Below the pieces are notes generated by a model. The model searched no databases. It saw nothing but the letters and a program-made list of their open reading frames with translations, and was not told the origin of the DNA. Made by a program: the position numbers and the translations under genes. Below, one piece after another: positions 1-8,170 of a stretch of 64,000 nt of DNA. Position 1 is the first letter of the stretch. Each line of letters opens with the position of its first letter. The stretch lies in NCBI GenBank assembly GCA_045659425.1, contig JAZOWW010000021.1, forward strand, positions 8,638 through 72,637, in the 5' to 3' direction. Source of the stretch: Alistipes sp. GTDB taxonomy: Bacteria > Bacteroidota > Bacteroidia > Bacteroidales > Rikenellaceae.

Positions 1-1889
1 CCGCTCATATCTTGGGTGTGGAGAATACCCTCTGCAACTAAGGCGCATATCTCGGCCGTGATGGCATCGTCGTTGCCCAACAGCGTATCGGCAACCTCCT
101 TTGGAGACATCGCACGCTCCTCTAATAGGGCAAGTATTTGCTTGCGATAGTCTGTTGCAGGGGAACTATTTCCCCCTTTGGACTTACGGCGAGCAATGCA
201 TATATCGCAGACTCCGCACGGCTCGTTATGACCATCGCCAAAGTATTGGCCGATGAAGAGACTGCGGCACTCATTTTCCTGCTCGGCATAGCGTAGCATC
301 TGCTCAAAGCGCTCGTGCATCAACACCTTGCGACGAGTATAGGTTTCGGGGGCGATGTATATGTCGGCGGTTGGTAGTCGCTCCTCGTCGAAGTAAATCA
401 TAGGCGAGCGGGCCGATACGATGTAGTTTATCACGTGCATTCGGCGCAGTTGTTTCAGCGCCTCGCCAACCTCATCGAGCGACAAGTGCGAGATGGTTGC
501 AATCTCTGTCTCGTCGATAGATTTCATATCTGTGAATACGCCCGGATATTGACGCATAATGACCTGTAATACAGTATCTTCGTTGTGCGGTAGTCGGGTC
601 TTGTAGAGTTGTTCGGGGGTGGTCGTAATCCGCACTCGTGACGGGGTATCTACCTGGTCGGTGTAGGTCAAATATCCGTTCTGTTGCAGTAACTCTAACG
701 CACTTGCAACATCGAGCGGATAGAGCCTCTCGTTCATGCATAGTTCGTGGATGTTGAACAGATGCGCACAGTGCTTTCCGTCGCCTATGGCCACTTGCAG
801 TTGGTTGCAGACCTTCTCGTAAACGCTCTTGATGAATTCGATTTTCGGGAACGAGCGCTCGAAACGTCGGCGTATGGCAGGGGAGTCCTCAGGAGTTACC
901 AATAGAACGGCATAACTTCGCTTGCCGTCACGACCCGCACGACCCGCCTCCTGGTAGTAACTCTCCAACGAATCGCACATGGTGTAGTGTACGACAAATC
1001 GTACGTCGCTCTTGTCAATACCCATACCGAAAGCGTTGGTAGCCACCATTATACGTACTTTGCCAGAGATCCATTCGTCCTGCCTGATGCTGCGCTCCTC
1101 GTTGGGCATACCTCCGTGGTAGAAGGTTGCCGAGAGGGACTCCTCCTGCAAGAGTTTTGCGACCTGCTCCGTCGCCTCACGGGTACGAACATAGACGATA
1201 CCCTGGCCCTCTACGCTGTTTATGATGCGTAGCAGATGTTCCGCCTTGTCCTCAACGTGGCGTACAACATAGGTCAGATTAGGGCGTGCGAAGGAGGTGC
1301 GTATGATGTTCGGCTTTTCAAATTCGAGCCTCTCCATAATATCTTGCGCCACACGATCGGTAGCCGATGCCGTCAGAGCAAGTATCGGGGTGTCGGGGTG
1401 CAGTTTGCGAATCTCCGCTATGCGTAGGTATGACGGGCGGAAGTCGTATCCCCACTGTGAGATACAGTGTGCCTCATCGACAGCGATAAGCGATACCCTC
1501 ATGTCGGCAAGTCGCATTCGGAAGGTGTCGGATGCTAATCGCTCAGGGGCAATGTAGAGAAACCTCACGTCGCCATAGGCGCAGTTGTCCAAGGCGTTGG
1601 TTATCTGGCGACTGCTCATTCCTGCGTGAATCGCCACGGCGGATATTCCCTTACGACGCAACGTATCGACCTGGTCCTTCATCAGAGCAATAAGTGGTGT
1701 CACAACGATGCACAGTCCCTCCGATAGCAGGGTGGGAATCTGGTATGTGAGTGATTTTCCGCCACCCGTAGGCATCAACGCAAGGGTATCCTGCCCTGCG
1801 AGTATCGCCTGGATAATCTCGCATTGCTTGGGTCGAAATGAGTCGTATCCCCAATATTTTTTAAGTGTTGCGTATAGTCTTTTCTCCAT
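1..1889 (-). CDS. recQ: ATP-dependent DNA helicase RecQ (3' end of the gene runs off the left edge)
   Basis: Absent from the ORF track because it is open at the window edge. My translation of the minus strand from the ATG at 1889 gives MEKRLYATLKKYWGYDSFRPKQCEIIQAILAGQDTLALMPTGGGKSLTYQIP. It also shows the DEAH box (AVDEAHCISQWGYDFRP), YYQEAGRAGRDG and a downstream Cys-rich region (EPCGVCDIC). Confidence 0.9.
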   Translation of the reverse strand, partial: MEKRLYATLKKYWGYDSFRPKQCEIIQAILAGQDTLALMPTGGGKSLTYQIPTLLSEGLCIVVTPLIALMKDQVDTLRRKGISAVAIHAGMSSRQITNALDNCAYGDVRFLYIAPERLASDTFRMRLADMRVSLIAVDEAHCISQWGYDFRPSYLRIAEIRKLHPDTPILALTASATDRVAQDIMERLEFEKPNIIRTSFARPNLTYVVRHVEDKAEHLLRIINSVEGQGIVYVRTREATEQVAKLLQEESLSATFYHGGMPNEERSIRQDEWISGKVRIMVATNAFGMGIDKSDVRFVVHYTMCDSLESYYQEAGRAGRDGKRSYAVLLVTPEDSPAIRRRFERSFPKIEFIKSVYEKVCNQLQVAIGDGKHCAHLFNIHELCMNERLYPLDVASALELLQQNGYLTYTDQVDTPSRVRITTTPEQLYKTRLPHNEDTVLQVIMRQYPGVFTDMKSIDETEIATISHLSLDEVGEALKQLRRMHVINYIVSARSPMIYFDEERLPTADIYIAPETYTRRKVLMHERFEQMLRYAEQENECRSLFIGQYFGDGHNEPCGVCDICIARRKSKGGNSSPATDYRKQILALLEERAMSPKEVADTLLGNDDAITAEICALVAEGILHTQDMS

Positions 1890-1968
1890 CAGGTTGCGGA
1901 TGTTGCACATTTTGCACCATAAAGGTATTGATTTTTTTGCGGATGCAAGATATTTTCGTAGAAAATCG

Positions 1969-1976
1969 TATCTTTG
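1969..1976 (+). promoter_or_regulatory. Bacteroides-type -7 promoter box (TATCTTTG) upstream of ruvA
   Basis: Exact match to TAnnTTTG, 22 nt upstream of the ATG at 1998. Confidence 0.55.
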
Positions 1977-1997
1977 TGTGATAAAACACATCAAACT

Positions 1998-2591
1998 ATG
2001 TACGAATATATCACAGGAAAACTTGCCGAAGTGGCTCCCGCCTATGCTGTTGTCGAGGCAGGGGGAATCGGCTATTTTATCAATATATCGCTCCAAACCT
2101 ACTCCGAAATCGAGAAACAGGAGCAGGTGTTGCTCTATCTGCATCATGCGGTGAGAGAGGATGCGCAGACGCTCTACGGCTTCGCCTCGAAAGCGGAGCG
2201 TGAACTCTTTCGTCTGCTCATCGGGGTGTCGGGTGTCGGAGGCAACACGGCACGTATGATTCAATCGACATATTCCCCCTCGGAATTGCGCAATATCATC
2301 GCTACGGGTAATGCCGTATTGTTGAAGAATGTCAAGGGTTTAGGTCTGAAAACGGCACAGAAAATCATCGTTGACCTGAGCGGTCGTATGCTCGACCTCA
2401 AAGGTGATGATGCAGCCTCTGCGGCACTCGCTGCGGGCGTGGCAAATCCGGTGCTTGATGAGGCGTTGGCAGCGCTGGTTATGCTCGGTTTCCAGAAGGC
2501 AGCCTCCGAGAAAGTTTTGCGCAAACTCTTCAAGGAACAACCTTCGATTGCAGTCGAGGAGGCGGTGCGTATGGCGTTAAAACATTTGTAG
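1998..2591 (+). CDS. ruvA: Holliday junction branch migration protein RuvA
   Basis: MYEYITGKL...GIGYFINISL...GVSGVGGNTARMI...VKGLGLKTAQKIIVDL (HhH motifs). Start moved to the internal ATG at 1998, which gives the canonical RuvA N-terminus. Confidence 0.9.
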   Translation: MYEYITGKLAEVAPAYAVVEAGGIGYFINISLQTYSEIEKQEQVLLYLHHAVREDAQTLYGFASKAERELFRLLIGVSGVGGNTARMIQSTYSPSELRNIIATGNAVLLKNVKGLGLKTAQKIIVDLSGRMLDLKGDDAASAALAAGVANPVLDEALAALVMLGFQKAASEKVLRKLFKEQPSIAVEEAVRMALKHL

Positions 2592-2659
2592 GGAACAATA
2601 ATCTTTCTTAAATATTTCGTTTTAACGTAATATTTCCTACCTTTGCACGTTATACGACT

Positions 2660-3262
2660 ATGAAAAGATTTTTCTACATATCGCTCTTGGCTTTGGCAAT
2701 GCTCGCTACGGGGTGTGCTGATGATGAGGATTATTTCCTCTCGCAGCAGAACAATATGGTCAGATACCTGACCTCTACTCGTCGTTTTATTGCCGAGGAG
2801 GAGATTGGTAATGTCATCGAGGAGTCGCCTAAGTTTTATAGCACCTTCGGTCGCTCGACTTATCGCTTTATCCCAACCTATTACGAGGAGGGTAGAGAGG
2901 ATTGGGAGAGTGTTGAGGTTGGCTCGACGGTCGAGATTCTCTTCGATGCATATGTCTTTTCAGGTTCCGAGCCTTCGAAATCGGCTATCTATTGGTCGAA
3001 TATCCCCGAAACAATCTCGAATTTAGAGAATTCGAGCAACAAGCAGGCCTCTTTGACGTGGAGTACCGAGCCTTTGACCTTCAAGGTCGGCAATGGGGAT
3101 GTTATTGATGGGCTTGATCAGGCTCTCGTCGGTTGTCATAATCAGGACTCTGTACAACTCTATATTAGTTACAATATGGCCTATGGCAAGCAGTTGGTCG
3201 GCACGGTGCCGAAGAAGTCTGCCGTAGCGTGGTATATAAAGATTTTGAACGTAATAAAGTAA
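2660..3262 (+). CDS. Lipoprotein with an FKBP-type peptidyl-prolyl isomerase-like domain
   Basis: Lipoprotein signal peptide (LLALAMLATGC). The C-terminal part, GNGDVIDGLDQALVGCHNQDSVQLYISYNMAYG, resembles the FKBP core. TACCTTTG box at 2638-2645. Confidence 0.5.
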   Translation: MKRFFYISLLALAMLATGCADDEDYFLSQQNNMVRYLTSTRRFIAEEEIGNVIEESPKFYSTFGRSTYRFIPTYYEEGREDWESVEVGSTVEILFDAYVFSGSEPSKSAIYWSNIPETISNLENSSNKQASLTWSTEPLTFKVGNGDVIDGLDQALVGCHNQDSVQLYISYNMAYGKQLVGTVPKKSAVAWYIKILNVIK

Positions 3263-3271
3263 AAAAGATAT

Positions 3272-4807
3272 ATGAAACAACTTCTTGCAATATTTACCCT
3301 TTTGTGCGCAGTAGCACTGAGTTCTTGCGTTAAGGAGCCCGAACTGTCGGGAGAGGAGCTCGAGAGCCGTTCGTTGCGTGCCTGGATGAAGAAGAATAAG
3401 TCTGAATTGCTCGATAACTACCAGACCAATGGCGACTACTATGTCGATGTGTTGGAGTGGGGTGAGGCTTCGCCTGCAAAGAGCGACAACGACTTCGGTG
3501 GCCAGCCTATTATGGAGCAGGACACCTGCTGGATGATATATAACTTTACGGGTTATAACCTTATGGGAGATGTATGTGTGACTCGTGAGTCTTTGACAGC
3601 CCGCATGCAGAATTCATTTTCGAAGAATACGCACTATGTTCCATTCCTGAACTATTGCGGCTTGACCAACTCGTACGGTGTTTTGGAGGGTACATATCTC
3701 GCAACTCGTAATATTTTGAAGTTGAGCCAGAAGTATGTAGCCGATAAGGGCTTTTCGAGCTCCGATTTCGTTATGCGTAAAGGTTCGAAGGTGCGCCTTT
3801 ATATGCCGTCAACCGTGGGTTATGGCTCTACGGGTACTACACAGGAGGGTGGTTACGAGGGTCAGTTCCAACTTGATACCAACGTGCCGGTAATCATGGA
3901 TATAGAGGTTGTTAAGGTTGTTAAAAATCCTTCTGACCTCGAAGTTGAGATGGTTGAATGTGTTGTTAAGGATGCCAATACACGTGCCGGTAGAGAGGTG
4001 TGGCATACCGTTGCTACCGAGAAGGAGGGTAGCGACGAAGATATGGATGGGGAAGGCGCATCGTCGTCCGAGACAGAAACATATACGGGTCTTTACTATA
4101 CCAATGACTATAAGCCAGGTGACGAGACTCTCTCCCCTAAATATATGACCGTAGCGAGCGATACCGTCGGTGAACCATATACGGATAGTTACGACACGGG
4201 CAGATATGCCGATATGAAGGCTCTTGATGAGGAGATTGCCAAGGTGTTGAAGGAGAAGTTTGCCAAGATGGAACTTGCAGAAGACGACGAGCAGGCCAAG
4301 GAGGTCGGCAAGAACAACTCGGCCATCATTTGGTATATCGCACGCTTCTTCGACGGTTTTATTCTTGATACCAATATTCCGGAGGTGCGTAAACTTGTCT
4401 TTGATTCTTCCGACGGAACCTCATCGTCGGCACTGACCTATAATGCCTCGACCAACAAGGAGGAATATGTAGGTGCATGGTATCACTGTATTCCGAAACT
4501 CAAATATGGTCGTTGGGGTGCCATTGCTACCACCTCGGGATATGCTTATGGTGCTGAGGGTATCTCCGGCTCAACCTCGTCAAGCAGTAGCAGCAGTACA
4601 TACTATGATTATGGCTATGGTTACGGATACTACGACTATTATAACTACTACAATTCGTACTCATACCCATATTATATGAGTTATCCGATTTACGATACGC
4701 CGTCTTATACTTACGATGGCGAGACTGGCGCAATCAACACCGAGGTGCAGCCATATACACCGCTCCTGTTCTACGTCTTTATTGAGCCGACAAAGAGTAC
4801 AGAGTAG
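3272..4807 (+). CDS. Lipoprotein with FKBP-like segment and Ser/Tyr-rich low-complexity C-terminal region
   Basis: Signal peptide plus Cys (LLCAVALSSC). GSKVRLYMPSTVGYG is FKBP-like. C-terminal SSSSSSSSTYYDYGYGYGYYDYYNYYNSYSYPYY tract. Confidence 0.5.
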   Translation: MKQLLAIFTLLCAVALSSCVKEPELSGEELESRSLRAWMKKNKSELLDNYQTNGDYYVDVLEWGEASPAKSDNDFGGQPIMEQDTCWMIYNFTGYNLMGDVCVTRESLTARMQNSFSKNTHYVPFLNYCGLTNSYGVLEGTYLATRNILKLSQKYVADKGFSSSDFVMRKGSKVRLYMPSTVGYGSTGTTQEGGYEGQFQLDTNVPVIMDIEVVKVVKNPSDLEVEMVECVVKDANTRAGREVWHTVATEKEGSDEDMDGEGASSSETETYTGLYYTNDYKPGDETLSPKYMTVASDTVGEPYTDSYDTGRYADMKALDEEIAKVLKEKFAKMELAEDDEQAKEVGKNNSAIIWYIARFFDGFILDTNIPEVRKLVFDSSDGTSSSALTYNASTNKEEYVGAWYHCIPKLKYGRWGAIATTSGYAYGAEGISGSTSSSSSSSTYYDYGYGYGYYDYYNYYNSYSYPYYMSYPIYDTPSYTYDGETGAINTEVQPYTPLLFYVFIEPTKSTE

Positions 4808-4910
4808 TGTTTTGAGCATTTTTTTAGAGCAAAAGGTTGTTATATGTAAAAAATATAGCAACCTTTTTTCGTTTTCTTGCACAAAAATTTGGCAAAAGAA
4901 AAAAAAGTAC

Positions 4911-4918
4911 TACCTTTG
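4911..4918 (+). promoter_or_regulatory. -7 promoter box (TACCTTTG) for tRNA-Ser
   Basis: TAnnTTTG match ending 6 nt before the tRNA 5' end. Confidence 0.6.
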
Positions 4919-4923
4919 CGCTC

Positions 4924-5008
4924 GGAAAGATGGCAGAGTGGTCGATTGCGGCGGTCTTGAAAACCGTTGAGCTGCGAGGCTCCGGGGGTTCGAATCCCTC
5001 TCTTTCCG
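4924..5008 (+). tRNA. tRNA-Ser (anticodon UGA)
   Basis: Acceptor GGAAAGA/TCTTTCC. Anticodon loop CT-TGA-AA closed by GCGGT/ACCGT. Long variable arm. T-loop GGTTCGAATCC. Discriminator G. No encoded CCA. Confidence 0.9.
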
Positions 5009-5011
5009 CTT

Positions 5012-5043
5012 AGAGCAGTAGAGATACTGCTCTTTTGTTTTTT
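5012..5043 (+). terminator. Intrinsic terminator after tRNA-Ser(UGA)
   Basis: AGAGCAGTA-GAGA-TACTGCTCT hairpin followed by TTTTGTTTTTT. Confidence 0.7.
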
Positions 5044-5312
5044 ATTGATACGGCCTGCAAATTATGCAGGCTTATTTTATGTTAGATGGCTACTTCTTGT
5101 AAATAAATTTACAGACAGAGCCATCAAACATAAAACAACACAGAGTGTTGCCGTATCAACAAAACAGAAAAGAGGATTACAAACATTATGTAGGGGGTTA
5201 CCTCCTCGGCTAATTGCGAGCCGCCAATGGCGACTACGCAGCCTCGTTGGTGACGGCTTCGCCGTTCGAATCCCTCTACTGTTCTTTGCAAGGGCCCGCC
5301 GGCGAGGCTAAG

Positions 5313-5363
5313 GGAAAGACGAGTAGCGCTTGCGCTACGAAGTCAATCCCTCTCTTTCCGCCA
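5313..5363 (+). repeat. tRNA-Ser(UGA)-derived fragment folding as an acceptor-stem minihelix ending in GCCA
   Basis: GGAAAGA (5313-5319) pairs with TCTTTCC (5353-5359), followed by G-CCA. The 17-nt AATCCCTCTCTTTCCGC at 5345-5361 is identical to tRNA positions 4993-5009. The internal hairpin GTAGCG-CTTG-CGCTAC replaces the D and anticodon arms. Confidence 0.6.
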
Positions 5364-5658
5364 CGAAGAAAAATTTTCGACAGACGACTGCTAAAAACGG
5401 TCGTCTTTTTTTTTGTTTCTACTGCGATGGAAGTTTACTTATGCAAAGCAGAGATATAAAAAAGATGGACACGTAGTGTTGACGAAAATTTTCTTTGAGC
5501 ATTAAGGATTATAGGGAACGATGAGCGCCAGCGAATCAATCCCCTTAACCTTTTTGCGAGAATAGAGAAAACAATAACTCCCGCAATATCTTGCGGGACG
5601 ATAAAAAAGTGAAGAGGGGAAAATATTCCCCCTCTTCGTCGATTTAACCGATACAGGC

Positions 5659-5936
5659 TTAGAAATAATATCCGAAACTAAAATAGAGATTTACGCTCGG
5701 AGAGATATTTGAGGTGCTAATATCAAAGTTTAGAGGTCCGACCTTTGTATCGATCGAGTATCTAACTCCCGCACCCAACCAATTTGACGAGTTGTAATCA
5801 TAGAGTTCGCTCCGCCACCGGATAATACAAGTCCTATCTTGGGACGCTTCTTAATCGCTGTGGTATCCTACGGGAATGCCGTAAATGAGATTAGCGAAAG
5901 CATTACAACCAAAACATACTTTGTAAATTTCTCCAT
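5659..5936 (-). pseudogene. Collapsed remnant of a patatin-like phospholipase with Omp85/BamA-type C-terminus
   Basis: Minus strand reads MEKFTKYVLVVMLSLISFTAFP, then an in-frame TAG, then DTTAIKKRPKIGLVLSGGGA (patatin Gly-rich N-terminus). After a frame change it reads GAGVRYSIDTKVGPLNFDISTS...NLYFSFGYYF-stop (Omp85 C-terminal strands). The whole remnant fits in 278 nt, so most of the gene is deleted. Confidence 0.6.
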
Positions 5937-6146
5937 AACTGCTTGAATATAACTATAAGTTACTTAGAGTGTTCAAATTTAGTAAATATTACGATAGCGA
6001 TCAAAATTATTTAATATACAGCCGCAAGAATGCTGCTATCGGGCGTTACGAATACGCAGTACGGGCATGGATGGGCTTGCATACATAACGTAACACTATC
6101 AATAAAAAAAGCGACCTAATTAGGTCGCTTGTCATTCCTATTAAGC

Positions 6147-6166
6147 GGAGGGCACTGGATTCGACC
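6147..6166 (-). repeat. Duplicated 3' end of tRNA-Ser(GCU)
   Basis: GCGGAGGGCACTGGATTCGA at 6147-6166 is identical to 6381-6400, the 3' acceptor and T-arm of the tRNA 215 bp away. It has its own hairpin plus T-run downstream (6105-6130 on the minus strand). No matching 5' acceptor half is present. Confidence 0.7.
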
Positions 6167-6381
6167 GGCGAAGCCGAAGAGTGAACACAAAGCGCAGGTC
6201 GTAAGACCGAGCAATAGACCCTTCTGTTCACTCAACCACATTTTTAGTGAGCAACGCACGCCCAACGCAGAGCAGTAGCCGCAGGCTGGTTTGTTATGGA
6301 GTGAGGGCGTGGGCTTGCACACGGACATCACTACAAAACAAAAAAAACAGACGACCTTTTGGTCGTCTGCTCTGCGTCTTG

Positions 6382-6468
6382 CGGAGGGCACTGGATTCGA
6401 ACCAGCGGATACCTTACGATATCGGCAGTTTAGCAAACTGCTGGTTTAAGCCACTCACCCAACCCTCC
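6382..6468 (-). tRNA. tRNA-Ser (anticodon GCU)
   Basis: The reverse complement reads GGAGGGTTGGGTGAGTGGCTTAAACCAGCAGTTTGCTAAACTGCCGATATCGTAAGGTATCCGCTGGTTCGAATCCAGTGCCCTCCG. It has a long variable arm and is followed by a hairpin plus T-run terminator at about 6345-6375. Confidence 0.9.
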
Positions 6469-6579
6469 GTTGTCATAGACTTAAACTACTCTTTATCTTT
6501 AAGAGCGTACAAAAGTAGTCTATTTTCCGACAACTGCAAAATAAAATGCAAATAAATTGTAAAAAAGTTAAGAACTCGA

Positions 6580-7635
6580 CTAAAAATCGAATCGCAACTG
6601 CACACATTCGCTACACGCTTCAGGAGTGTTGCCTACGGTAAGACCTATGAGTCGCACCTTGCGACCGTCAAGTTTTACCCCCTTTAACAACTCTTCGCTC
6701 GTGATATGCAATGTGTCGATGCTATCCACGGGAGTAAAGAGGGTTTTTGAGCGGGTTATCTGCTTGAAGTTGTCGAATTTAAGTTTAAGCACCACGGTCC
6801 TGCCTCGAAATTCGTGGCGTTGCATACGGTTCCACACCTCATCTCGCACGGCACACAACTCCTCCATCAGGGTGTTGCGGTCGTCAATATCGTTGGCAAA
6901 CGTTATCTCAGCACCGAGAGATTTGCGTACACGATCGGGCGTAACCTCTCTGTTATCCTCTCCTCTGGCATAGCCGTAATAGATGTGACCAGCCTTGCCG
7001 AAGTGCTGCACCAACTCTTGCTCGCTACGCAGTCGCAGGTCGGCACCGGTGTGAATACCCAGAGCGTGCATCCTTGTTGCTGTTACTGCTCCGATGCCGA
7101 AGAACTTCTCTATCGGCAGAGTTGCAACAAACTCCTCGACCTGCTTCGGAGGTATCACAAAGAGTCCGTTCGGCTTCTGATAGTCCGAGGCTATCTTTGC
7201 CAGCATCTTGTTCGTGGATACGCCAGCGGAGGCCGTAAGCCCTGTTGTTGCGTATATCTTTTGCTTTATCTCTTGCGCTACGATGGTCGCCGAGGGGTGG
7301 TGTGAAACATCGAGAAAGGCCTCATCCAACGATAATGGCTCTACCAGCGACGTGTACTCGGCAAATACGGATCGTATCTGCTCCGAGACCGCCTTGTAGG
7401 CATCAAATCGTGGCTCTACAATTGTAATTGTCGGGCATAGTCGTTTGGCTAAGACTATGGGTAGTGCAGAATGTACACCGTATGGACGGGCCTCATAACT
7501 TGCCGTAGCAACCACTCCACGTGGGGAGTCGTGACCCACAGCAATGGGGATGTTGCGCAAGGCGGGATTATCTCGCTGCTCCACGGCAGCAAAGAAGGCA
7601 TCCATGTCGATATGTATAATTTTGCGCTGCACCAT
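6580..7635 (-). CDS. dinB: DNA polymerase IV (Y-family translesion polymerase)
   Basis: IIHIDMDAFFAAVEQRDNPALRNIPIAVG...SLDEAFLDV...ASAGVSTNKMLAKIASD. Typical length of 351 aa. Confidence 0.92.
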   Translation of the reverse strand: MVQRKIIHIDMDAFFAAVEQRDNPALRNIPIAVGHDSPRGVVATASYEARPYGVHSALPIVLAKRLCPTITIVEPRFDAYKAVSEQIRSVFAEYTSLVEPLSLDEAFLDVSHHPSATIVAQEIKQKIYATTGLTASAGVSTNKMLAKIASDYQKPNGLFVIPPKQVEEFVATLPIEKFFGIGAVTATRMHALGIHTGADLRLRSEQELVQHFGKAGHIYYGYARGEDNREVTPDRVRKSLGAEITFANDIDDRNTLMEELCAVRDEVWNRMQRHEFRGRTVVLKLKFDNFKQITRSKTLFTPVDSIDTLHITSEELLKGVKLDGRKVRLIGLTVGNTPEACSECVQLRFDF

Positions 7636-7704
7636 ACATATATGAAAATAAGTAGCAACAAATATAAGCAGATTTGTAAAAAAATACTATCTTTGTAACG
7701 ATTT

Positions 7705-8091
7705 ATGAGAATTAAAGAGTTTATATTACTCTGTACTATTGTGATGGTGACATCTCTGTGTTTCGGTATTGTATCTACCGACAATGTGGAGACGGGCGGT
7801 GGTTACAAGTATATGCACGACGACACGGAGATTATTGCCGATAGGCTTGACTCCGCTTCTTGTAACATAGCCTTAGCCAGCGGCACAAGCAACACTTCAT
7901 CGGCACGGACATTTACCCGTAACAACAGCCGCAAAGGCAAGCATCTGCAACGTATGGTGCGTGGTATGATCCCCGAGCGTTTGCGCTCCATCCTCAACAC
8001 GCCAACGCAGACTCTGCATATCATCCATAACAATACCTCCCATCTATATACTCGCTGTATATACATCTTCGACGGGGTTCTGATAATTTAG
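7705..8091 (+). CDS. Hypothetical secreted or membrane protein
   Basis: ORF with an N-terminal hydrophobic segment. TATCTTTG promoter box at 7688-7695. No recognisable family. Confidence 0.35.
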   Translation: MRIKEFILLCTIVMVTSLCFGIVSTDNVETGGGYKYMHDDTEIIADRLDSASCNIALASGTSNTSSARTFTRNNSRKGKHLQRMVRGMIPERLRSILNTPTQTLHIIHNNTSHLYTRCIYIFDGVLII

Positions 8092-8170
8092 CATCGAAAG
8101 CCTCCTGTCCAATAATCACAGGACGGGAGATATACCTCTGTGCATAAATAAATTATCGGAATAAAAATCT

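Noticed and set aside
5200-5365. Possible tmRNA (ssrA), suggested by tRNA-like 3' ends and a GCCA terminus.
   Set aside because: There is no GGGG-type 5' acceptor/TLD half of tmRNA, no resume codon or tag reading frame ending in ALAA-like residues, and the T-arm copy is degenerate. It is better explained as tRNA-Ser fragments.
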